Shown here: in pieces, positions 1 through 9,504 of the stretch | Numbering within the stretch: the stretch's first letter is position 1 | How the letters are laid out: the number at the start of each line of letters is the position of its first letter | Program-made: the position numbers and the translations under genes | Assembly (NCBI GenBank): GCA_013416795.1 | Contig: RQSC01000019.1 | Span: 39,962 to 62,820, forward strand | Source: Prasinococcaceae sp. CCMP 1430 | Taxonomy: Eukaryota > Plantae > Prasinodermophyta | Reading direction: 5' to 3' | DNA length: 22,859 bases | Notes under the pieces: model-generated | Seen by the model: the letters and a program-made list of their open reading frames with translations, nothing else | What the model was told of the DNA's origin: nothing | Databases searched by the model: none

Positions 1-140
1 GCGGGAGTGCGTCGCGGGCAGGGGCGCGCGCGCCGGGGCGGGGCGTGGGCGGGGGGCGGGCGCGCGCGCGCGCGTGCGCGCGAACGCAGCCCTTACCATC
101 AGTTGAGGAGGGCGAGGGGCCCCACCGCCGGCGGCGAGGG

Positions 141-224
141 ACAGGAGGAACACAAAACGCGCCAGGAGGAACACAAAACGCGACAGGAGGAACACAAAAC
201 GCGACAGGAGGAACACAGGACGCG
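141..224 (+). repeat. 21-bp tandem repeat, 4 copies (ACAGGAGGAACACAAAACGCG)
   Basis: Units at 141-161, 162-182, 183-203 and 204-224, with 0-2 substitutions each. It lies downstream of the stop codon of the minus-strand membrane protein gene. Confidence 0.95.
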
Positions 225-293
225 GAGAGGAGGAAGCTTCTGCTCGCTCGCTAGTCGGCTTGTACTGGAGCGACGCGTAGGGGGCATCGCTAG

Positions 294-1354
294 CTACTGC
301 GCGCTCGTGTCTGTCGCCTGCCCCTTCGCGGTGGCGTAGGTGATGTCGCCCGACGGCACGTAGGGCGCGGGCGGGGCCATCTGCGCCATCTGAGAGCCCT
401 GAGGCTGCGGCTGTGCGACCGGCATTGCGTTTCCACCGACCACGACGGGATGTTGCGGGATTGGGGCGCCCCAGTGCGGCGCCATGGCCACGGCGGGATA
501 GCCGGCGGGATAGCCGGGATACCCTTGGGGCGCTCCCATGTGCACGCCGCCTGACGGAACCAGGCTAACCGGCGCCCTCCTGCGGAAGCAGCACGTCTTA
601 GTGCACGCGCACACGCCAATGCCGATGGCCGTGGCGGCGACGACGAGGCCGACGATGAGGCCGATGAGTGGCCCGGCTTCAACCGTGCAGCACTGCTCGG
701 TGTCCCTGCCGCAGCAGATCTCGTCGTCAAAGAGCTGCGTGTAGCACGCGCCGGCCGGGATCCTCGTGAAGGGGCTGGACTCGCAGTCGCTCGCCGCGAC
801 GCACTCGAAGCCCCCAACCCATTCCGGGCTGCACTCGCCTTCGTTCTGACCGTCATCTGAATGTGTGCGTGATTGCGCCCGCACGCGCGTGTGCGCGAGT
901 GTGTCGCACGCAGCAGTCGCGTGCGCGCCCGACCACATGTGCACACTGTCAGATGCGCGCGACAACGCACACGCTCGCAGCCATACGCGCACAAACGCGT
1001 GCGCGCACGCACTGTGGTGGCGCGTGTCGTCGTCGTTGACGCCCGCCGCGTCCACCATGGCCCTGGTGTAGCCCTCCGTGCAGCAAACGAAATCGCCCTC
1101 GTCGTACATGGAGCAGCCCTGCTCGGTCTTCACGGGCACGAGGCCCCGAGTGCAGCCGAACTCCTCGCTGCCTGGGGCGCAGCAGTCGTCGGCGAAGGAT
1201 TCGCATGCGTCGCGCGTACATCCGGGGTCGTCGGGCAGCGACGGAAACCACTTTGTGGCGGCCTCTGCCTCTTCCTCGGCCCGCACGGCGCCGCTCGCGG
1301 CGAGCATCGCGAACGCCGTCGCGAGCGCGGCCAGGGGCGCCGCGGCGCGCGCGG
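294..1354 (-). CDS. Cys-rich single-pass type I membrane protein (Shisa-like architecture), 5'-partial; exons 1354-1013 and 856-294
   Basis: Signal-peptide-like ARAAAPLAALATAFAMLAASGAVRA|EEE, then two Cys-rich ectodomain modules (CTRDACESFADDCCAP...FVCC; ECSPEW...EICCGRDTEQCC). These are followed by a TM helix (LIGLIVGLVVAATAIGIGV), juxtamembrane CACTKTCCFRRR and a P/Y/Q-rich tail. GT..CAG intron at 1012-857 (156 nt, phase 1). The initiator Met is probably lost at N1355. Confidence 0.78.
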
Positions 1355-1355
1355 N
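1355..1355. other. Single-N assembly junction
   Basis: The N separates two unrelated 5'-truncated genes: the membrane protein on - and the Rubisco activase-like gene on +. True gap size is unknown. Confidence 0.9.
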
Positions 1356-1865
1356 AGACAGCAGCAAACGCAGGCGACAGTCAACACGCAGAATGCCAGC
1401 GCGGAGCTGATGGCAATCTGCGATGACCCGACACGCGTGCGCGGTGGCCTCGCGGCAGAGGCGCGGTGCCCGCGTGTGCCTATCGTTGTCACTGGAAACG
1501 ATCTCGGGCGCGTGTACGCACCACTGCTGCGCGATGGTCGCATGGATAAATTCTTCTGGGAGCCGACAGTCGACGAGAAGGCTGAAATGCTTGCGGCCAC
1601 CTTCGCGGCTGCTGGGGATGAGAGCGACGTAGTGGCGACGCTCACGCAGGATGACGCTGAGGCCATCGTGCGCGCACACCCTCGACAGTCGCTGGACTTT
1701 TTCGGCGCGGCTCGCTCGCGGTGCGTAGATTCCGCCGTGCGCGCGTGGATATTCTCCCAGGTGGGTGGCACTGGCAGCAGCTCTCTGGAGCCTGTGACGC
1801 ACAGCATCATGCGGAGCTACGACAGACGACGCGGGGTGTCCACAGCATGGGGGGGCGCGGGCGGT
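1356..1865 (+). CDS. Rubisco activase-like AAA+ protein, internal/C-terminal fragment
   Basis: TQATVNTQNASAELMAICDDPTRV...RVPIVVTGNDLGRVYAPLLRDGRMDKFFWEP...QSLDFFGAARSR...VRAWI matches Rubisco activase family motifs (VPIIVTGND, YAPLIRDGRMEKFYW, QSIDFFGALR). Walker A/B are missing (upstream of the gap). The fragment ends at a GTAAGT donor-like site at 1866. It cannot be assigned to RCA proper versus an RCA-like paralog by eye. Confidence 0.85.
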
Positions 1866-1869
1866 GTAA

Positions 1870-4105
1870 GTGTCGACCGCGGCGGCGGCGTTCGTGGCGG
1901 CACGCTGCGCCGCGGGCGTCGACGCGCTGCTCGACGCCGCGGGCGAGAGCGACGCGCACGCGCTGCCCGTCGACTTCCTCGAGGCGCACGACTTCGACGA
2001 GGTGCTCGGGGAGGCGCTCTACTGGCAGCCGGAGCGCACCATCCAAGCGCTCGAGCGCGCCGCGGTGGGAGCGCAGGCTGACGCGCTACGCGCGAGGGAG
2101 GAACGCGCCGCCGCTGAGGCCTCGGCGGCGGGCGCCGACCCCGCGAGCGTCTGGGACGACGCGGCCCTCGGCAGCGTGAAGCGGGCCGTGCGCGCGCGGG
2201 TGACGCTGCCGCGCGTCGTCGGCTGCGCGCCCCCCATCTCCGCGCTGCGCGCGCGCGACGCGGGGCGCCTGCTGAGCGTGCGCGGGACGGCGGTGCGCAC
2301 CGGCCCCGTCAAGGCCATCGAGGCCGAGAAGGAGTTCAGGTGCCCGTGCTGCAAGCAGCACTTCCTGGTGAGCGCCGACCTGGAGGCGGGCGGCGCGATC
2401 GAGCCGCCCGAGAGCTGCCCCGTGCGCCCGGGCTGCCGTGGCGTGTCGTTCGCGCCCGTCGAGGACGCGCCCCGCATGTCGGACTTCCAGGAGGTGAAGC
2501 TTCAGGAGCTGCTCTCCGAAGTTGGGGTCGGCCGCGTGCCGGCGTCGGTGGTCGTGCTGCTCGAGGCGGACCACGCGGGCGCCTTCCGCGCCGGCGAGGA
2601 CCTCGAGGTCTGCGGGTACCTCACCCGCCGGTGGCAGCCGCCCTCGCGGGGCCGCCGCTGCGACGTGGAGATGGCGCTGCGTGCGTGCCGCGTTGCGCGG
2701 CTCGGCCGGCGCGGCCGCGGCGCGGGCTGCGCGCGCGAGCCCCGCGGAGCGCCGCGCGTTCGAGGCGCGCTGGGAGAGCGCTCGCGCGCGCGGGCGAGAG
2801 CTCGCCGAGCGCGACGCGCTCCTACGAGCTGTCTGCCCGCAGGTGCACGGCATGGCGCTGGCAAAGCTCGCCGTGGTACTGACGGTCATCGGCGGCGTCG
2901 CGCGTGAGAGCGCGTCGGGCGCGCGCGTGAGGGGCGAGTCCCACCTGCTCGTCGTCGGAGACGCGGGTATGGGCAAGTCGCAACTGCTGCGAGCGGCCGC
3001 CAACCTCGCGCCGCGCGCGACCGTCACCACGGGGTGCGGATCGACCGCGGCGGGGCTCACGGCGGCGGCAGTGAAGGATGGGGGCGAGTGGGCGCTCGAG
3101 GCCGGTGCTCTGGTCCTTGGTGACGGTGGCTTGTGCTGCATCGACGAGTTCGACTCGATGAAGGAGCAGGACCGAGCGGCCATCCACGAGGCTCTCGAGC
3201 AACAGACGGTCTCTGTCGCCAAGGCTGGTGTGGTATCGACGCTTCGCGCGCGCACGGCCGTCTTCGCCGTGACAAATCCCAAGGGCACGTACGACCGCGC
3301 GCTTTCGCTCGACTGCAACACGTCGTTGGGTGGGCCCCTTCTTTCGCGTTTCGACATGGTGCTCGTGCTGCCAGATGTTCAGAAGCCAGAATGGGACGCA
3401 GCGGTCGCTGATCACATCCTCGCGGTGCGTGAGGTCCTCGTCATCAGTTGCTTGCACACCGCCGCGATGATTTGGCGCGTGCGCCGTAGCGCGCACTCGG
3501 ACTCTGCATCTTACCGGTGCTGACTTCGGTGACCACGCCGCTTGGCATCGCTCGCCCGCTTCACCCCCCATCCCCCGCGCGTGCGCGGCGGCGCTCTCTG
3601 TTGCGCGGACGCGCGCGTGCAGGCGCGGAGGGCGACTAGCGACGCACCTTCGGAGGGCGACCCAGTGAGTGGAGCGCCCGGCGTTGCTCCCGCAGGGACC
3701 TGGACGGCGGGATCGCTGCGCCGATATTTCGCACACGTGAAGGAGGAGCACAGCCCGCACCTGGACAAGCCTGCTGAAGAGGTTCTGTCCGCATACTATC
3801 AGCTGCAGCGCCAGGCAGAGGGCCGCAACGCTGTGCGTACGACGATCCGTCTGCTGCAGAGCCTGATCCGCATTGCGCAGGCGCACGCCCGTCTGTGCTG
3901 CCGCGGCGTCGCAGGCGCGGGCGACGCGGTGGTGGCCGTCCTGCTGCTCGAGAATTCGATGAGCACGAGAGCGTTGCTCGGCGACAGTGCGGTGCGCGTG
4001 CGCGACGACTTCGCCGCCGACGCCGACGAGGCCCATGATGAGCTCGTCGTCACCGTGCTCGAGCGGCTCAAGCTTGGCCATCTGCTGAACCGCGCGCGCT
4101 CCTAG
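1870..4105 (+). CDS. MCM9: DNA helicase MCM9; one reading-frame break at ~2690-2705, intron 3425-3622, no ATG visible at the 5' end
   Basis: N-terminal OB-fold/Zn finger (LSVRGTAVRT, CPCCK...CPVRPGC, DFQEVKLQE), VRGESHLLVVGDAGMGKSQ (Walker A), GLCCIDEFD (Walker B) and LLSRFD (Arg finger). The C-terminal YYQLQRQ..RNAVRTTIRLLQSLIRIAQAHARL is typical of MCM9. A phase-0 intron GTGCGT(3425)..GTGCAG(3622) joins the frames. Stop TAG at 4103-4105. Confidence 0.9.
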
Positions 4106-4234
4106 CAAGCAAAAGAGAGTGCGCGCAATCCAGGCCCGCCGCCGCGCGCCTTTTGTATGTAGAATATCCCCGAGTGTATGTACTTGTGGCGGCAGCACGC
4201 GAGCCGTTGTCCGTCGATGTCAGTAGTGGACAAT

Positions 4235-4239
4235 TTACA
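4235..4239 (-). terminator. Putative TGTAA polyadenylation signal of RRN3
   Basis: TTACA on + equals TGTAA on -, 45 nt past the RRN3 stop. UGUAA is the established near-upstream poly(A) element in Chlamydomonas and other chlorophytes. Confidence 0.55.
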
Positions 4240-4283
4240 AGGAAGCGGGCGGTGGCGCGCGCACACTCCTGCGCGAGGGTGCG

Positions 4284-6480
4284 CTACGTGGGCGTCAGGG
4301 CCATGGGATCGGTGATGTCGACGACTCCGAACGGCGTGCCATTGAGCGGCGTGCCGCCGCCCGACGCCGTCCCGCCGTCCGAACGCCACGTGCCCACGTG
4401 CATCTTGCCAAAGCCCGCCTCGCGCATCAGCGACATGCCACCGCCCTCGCCCACGCTCTGCTGCAGCGAGCCCAGGTGCGAGCCGCCTTGGGAGAGCGAG
4501 CCGAAGTCGCCCTCGCGGTCTGTGTCTGCGTCGGTCGTCTCGCCATCCTCGCCCTCGTCGTCGCCGCCTGGCCACTCGAGGTAGAGGTCCTGCACAAATT
4601 TGTACGAATTCTTCAGCCGGTAGGGGTCGAACGGGAAGAGCACGTGGAAGCGCGTGAGAATCAGCTTGTTGCCACCCGCCGCTCCGCCGGCAGCGCCCTT
4701 GTTCGCCTCGGCCGCCTGCGCCTTGGTGAGTAGATCGTCGCGCATGGCGATGGCCTGGGAGCAGTCCGCGAGTCCGTGCGCGGCCGCTAACCTCGCGAAC
4801 TCGTCGGCCACGTCGGGCATGACCCCCGCGAGAGGCGCGAGCGGGTGTCCCACCAGCTGTTGCAGGGGCAGCGAGCGCATCACGTCGGCCGTGTGCGGCT
4901 CCGCCATCAAGCCCGCCAAGCGGTAGCACAGCGCGTACAGCGCCGCCTGCACGCTCGCGTAGAAGACGGCGTGGTGCGATGCCGCGTCGGCGTTGGCGGC
5001 GCTGGGCGGCACGCACAGCGCCGGCGTGCGCTCGGCCTCGCGCGCGTGCGCCACCGCGAAGCTAACGCACGAGCGCACTGCCTCGGCCACGATAAGACCC
5101 TCGAGGTACGACGCCCGCGCGACGTACGACCCGAGGTACGCCGCCGCCGCCTGGCGCAGCGCCGAGGGCTGCGTGGGCGCCGACATGCGCTCGTACATGG
5201 AGCGCACGAGCCGTGGCCCGCACGTGCGCGCGTCGCCCGAAGCCGCCACGAAGAGGAGGAACTGCGTGAATTTGGACTGGTACGTCGGCAGGATGGACGT
5301 CTCGAAGCATCGCATGAGCGTGGCGAAGGCCTCGTGGAGCTGGCCGGCCTGCGCGCGGCGCGAGAGGTGCAGGAAGGCCTCCTCCATCAGCCCGTCGAGC
5401 GTGTTTGCCCACTGGTCGATGGGCTGCTTTACCGCGCCGCCGCTCCTCCCGTTCGCCGCCCCGCCCGCGCTGCATGTCCCGCCGTTGGAGAGCGAGCCCG
5501 TGTGCGTGCCCGTCGCGCGCGTTCCCCCGTGGCTGCCTCCGGCGTCGCCCTCAAGGTCGAGCTCGAACTGCTCCTCGTCGTCCATGGCGAGCGCGGGCTC
5601 GTCCTCGTCCTCGCCGGGCGTCGAGAGGTCCTCCCACCGCACCTCCACGTCGAGCGCGATGAGGTGGTCCACCGCGGCCGCGAGCAGGCGCTCGCGCAGC
5701 GGGCAGAGCGCGGCGTGCTCTGCCATGCGGAACATGGCCGCGTGGAAGCACGTCTGCAGGGCGGCCGGCATCCGCGGATGCGGCATCTGCCGCACGACCG
5801 TCGGCAGCAGCCGCTGCAGCGATGCGGGTGCCACCGCGGACGCGCCGCCCAGCGCGTCGAGCAGCGCGCCGTGCACGCGCGCCTGCTCCGCGGGGAGGGG
5901 CGCTTCGAGCGGCGGCGGTGGCTCCTGCGCCGCGCCGCCCGATTGCGCGGCGAACTCCGCTGCGGCCGCCTTTTGCGCCGCGGCGTACAGCGACGGCGGC
6001 ACCAGCTGCGACACGCACGAGTCCACGACCAGCGGCACCCACGCGCCGCTGGCGGCGCACACGGCCGTCGCGAACTGCACGTAGGCGACGCCCGTCTCGG
6101 CGCCGGCGACCCACAGGTCCACCTTGAGCGCCGAGCGCACGAGCTCGGCGTGCGCCGCCTCCCGCAGCGCGCCCGCGCACTGGCCCAGCGCGTGCAGCCA
6201 CGCCGAGTCTCCGCGACGCCGAAGTCAGTGGCGCGCTGAGCTCGCTCATGGAGTCGCTCACTCGCGCCCGCTCGCAGCGGCGCAGGGCGACCTCCGCCGA
6301 GCAGATCCGGGGGGCTGCGCGGCGCGGAGCGGCGCTGCGGCGAATGGGCGGGTGAAGCGCTGCGCAGGCGGTGAGGGGGGCGGGAGGCGGAGGAGGAGGA
6401 GGAGGCGGAGGAAGGGGGGGAGGGCGCCGCGCGCGCGCGCGCGCGCGCGGTGTGGCGCGCGCGCGCCGTGCGACCGTCAT
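4284..6480 (-). CDS. RRN3: RNA polymerase I transcription initiation factor RRN3 (TIF-IA); core open frame 6224-4284, 5' end uncertain
   Basis: LIALDVEVRWEDL, acidic loop, LDGLMEEAF, FETSILPTYQSKFTQFLLF, RQAAAAYLGSYVARASY, FYASVQAALYALCYR and LFPFDPYRLKNS are RRN3-family motifs. The frame is closed upstream by TGA at 6227-6225. The ATG at 6480 (or 6249) needs either an intron at 6261-6180 or a 1-nt indel to join it. Confidence 0.88.
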
Positions 6481-7100
6481 CCGTAAACGAAATACGTCCC
6501 GCAAAATAAATGCGGTATTGAAATAATCCATGCTCCGCATACAATACTAATATAAAACCTGCAGAGTCGGGAAAACGACGGATATGGTTTTAAAAACCAA
6601 ACGCCTGCAATAACTTCACGGAACACCGCCGAATTGCGCCGCGCGAGCCTCCCGGCGCACCGCGCCGCCCGCCGCGAGAAAAAAAAAGAAAAAAAGAAAA
6701 AAAGGCGCGAGGCGTCCCCGCGGAACGCGGATGTTTCGCCCGGTGCGTCCCACGCCGCCCCCCCTCGCCCCGCGCCCCGCCGTCGGCGCCCCGACCCCGC
6801 TTTCGACCCGGAGTTCGACCCGGCCCGACGCGCACCCCGCGCGCCGGCCTCGCGCGGCGGCCGGGGGCGCGTTCGGGTGCGTTTGTTTCGACTTTTAGGG
6901 TAATGATTAAGAGGGTTAATAACTGCAAACTGCCACGTCGGCACTTTTATGTACTTACTGGCCGGTCACGGAGGGGTGTAGGGGGAGCCAACCGTTCTGA
7001 TCGTGTGTTTGCAGGCTTGCCGCTATGGTTTCCCGTGGGTTCATTTTATAGAAGCCAGTGTTAGGGCCTCCCAATCGCGTACTTACTGATGGTGCGTTTT
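6481..7100. promoter_or_regulatory. Divergent intergenic/promoter region containing two AT-rich blocks (6481-6620, 6890-7100)
   Basis: Lies between the heads of RRN3 (-) and the DnaJ gene (+). TATAAAA occurs on + at 6551-6557 and on - at 7050-7044. There is an A-rich tract with repeating A7G units at ~6677-6703. Confidence 0.5.
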
Positions 7101-7149
7101 GTCCGTTGCCGTCGGTTGGGTCGCGCGGTTCGAGCGAGTCCGCGCGAGT

Positions 7150-7211
7150 GCGCGCGCGCGCGCGTGTTCGTGCGCGTGGGTGGGAGGGTGTGCGTGTGTG
7201 TGGGTGTGTGT

Positions 7212-7246
<35 letters not shown>

Positions 7247-9456
7247 GGGGGTTGGCGGCCATTCGATGCGCAGCGCGGCGAGGGCGAGCGGAGGGCCGCA
7301 AGTTATGAATAGGAATAGGATCTCCGCTCGCAAATGCGACATGTCAGACGGCGCGCGTGTGAGTGTGTGTGTGGGTGCTGTGTGTGTGTGTGTGTATGTG
7401 TGTGTATGTGTGTGTTGTGTGTGTGCGTGTGTGCGCGCGCCACACAGCACGCCCACAGCGCGCCCCCGCGCGCATCTGCCGCCGCAGCGGCAGAAGCAGC
7501 AGCCGCGATGGCGCCCTCCGCCGCGGCGGCGGACCCCTCGGGCGCGGTGCCGCCGTCGTGGGGGGAGCTTCTCAGCGCCTTTGCCGCCGTCGCGGCGTGG
7601 AAGCTGCGCTGCCACGTGCGCGGCCTCGGCAGTGTACGTGTATGGACGCGCGCACGCGCGCGCGCACACACATACACCACGCGGTATGCACACGCACGCA
7701 CGCGCGCACGCACGCGCACACACGCGCGCACACACACATACTGGAGGTTACATGCTCGTCCACACGCTGACAAGCGCTGATGCACACGCACACGCGCGCG
7801 CGCGCACACACGACCCCAGGCGCCGCGCGCGAACGCATACGCCGCGCTCGGGCTGCTCTCCCTCGCCCTCGTCCTCGTCCTCCTCGCCCTTCTGGCGCCC
7901 GCGCTGGCGCGCGCGGTGCTGGCGCTCGGCGACGCGGTGCTGCTGCGGCCGCGGTGGTGGGGCGCCGCGGTGGCGGCGCTCGCGCCGGGCTCGCCGCTCG
8001 GCGGGGAGCGGGCGGTGAGTGAAGAGGGCGCGCGCGCCCGAAGACACGCCAATACACACACACGCGCACGCACACGCGCGCGCACACACACACGAATGCA
8101 CGAGCTGACACGCGCGCGCACGCGCGCGCGCGCAGTCCATCCCGCTCGCCATGTGGCTGGGCGGCGGCGGCTGGTCGGGCGCGGCGTGCGTCGCCGCGCT
8201 CCTGGCGCTGCTCGCCGCGCTGCGCCTGCCGATGGGCGGCGCCGGCCTGTGGCTGGTGGGTGTGCTGGTACGCCGCGCGAGCGCGCGCCGACACGCACGC
8301 ACACGCGGGCGCGTGCACAGCTCGCAGAGCAGCACGCTGATTTGTGTGCGCACGACGCGCTGACGGCACCGGTCGCGGTTGTCACCTGGGCGCGCTCCGA
8401 AAAATGTACACACACACACGCACACACACACACGCACACACACACACGCACGCACGCACGCACGCACGCAACCGCGCGCGCGCGCCTCTCCGCAGGGCGC
8501 CGCGCGATGCGTGCGCGTGGCGTTCGGCGCAGGGTGGCTGTGGGGGCTGGCGTCGCTGCTGGCATGCGCGGCGGTGGCGGTGGTGCTCCTCCTCGTGGGC
8601 GCGGCGGTGTACTCACGCTCGTGCGAGGAGCGGTGGGCGCACGGGCTGGGTGCGCGGCCGGTGCCGGAGGGGTGCGAGGGGGAGGTGCGCGCGCGCGGGC
8701 GCGCGGGCGCATACGCACACACACACGCACGTACACACACACGCACACACACACACGCACACACACACACGCGCGCGCACGCGTGCGCGCGCACACACAC
8801 ACGCACGCACACACGCACGCACACACACACGCACACACACACACACACACACACAGTGAGCTGCGTTTTGCTTGGGCTCGTGCGCGTCGCTGACGGGACT
8901 GGTCGTCGCAGGCGGCGGCCATCCTGCGTGCGGAGAACTTCTTCGACGTGCTGCGGCTCGACTTGGGGAGCGCGCTGGAGGACTTCGCCGACGAGCAGCA
9001 CGTACGCGCGCGCGTGCACCACCACACACGCGCGCGTGCACACACGCTATACACACGCGCACACACGCGCGTCCCCGGGCGCCCCTACTTACACACTCAC
9101 ACACGCACGCGCACACGCACACGCACACGCACGCGCGCACGCAGGGCGGCGCCTTCCGCCCGTCGGGCGCCGCGTGGGACTCTCTGGTGCGCCGCGCGTA
9201 CAAGCGCCGCGCGCTGGCGTGCCACCCCGACAAGTGCGGGGGCGCCCCCGGCGCGGCCGAGGCCTTCGAGCGCGCGCGCGAGGCGTGCGAGGCGCTCGCC
9301 GACGAGGAGGACGCCGCCGAGTACGTGCGGACGCTCATGGCGTGGTACAGGGTGGGCGCGGGAGAGGTGAGCGCGCCGCGCGTGCATGCGTGCATGCGTG
9401 GGTGTATTCTTGTGTGTATGCATGTTCTTGCGTGCTTGCGTGCGTGCGTGCGTGGG

Positions 9457-9504
<48 letters not shown>

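Noticed and set aside
141-224. CRISPR-like array
   Set aside because: The units are contiguous with no unique spacers, there are no cas genes, and the context is eukaryotic.
873-2081. One continuous 402-aa ORF
   Set aside because: It spans the N at 1355. The 5' half is the antisense of the membrane protein gene and the 3' tail overlaps MCM9 out of frame.
6800-6830. tRNA T-arm / Pol III B-box (GTTCGACCC)
   Set aside because: The T-stem does not pair, and there is no cloverleaf or upstream A-box.
6907-6919. piggyBac-like end (TTAA next to CCCT) or telomere-like TTTAGGG at 6894-6900
   Set aside because: There is no partner terminal repeat or transposase, and only a single telomere-like unit.
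6951-7090. U1 or U3 snRNA gene (TACTTAC; TCATTTTATAG resembling U3 box A)
   Set aside because: It lacks ACUUACCUG, the U1 stem-loops and an Sm site, and has no U3 boxes B/C/D. It is better explained as minus-strand splice donors.
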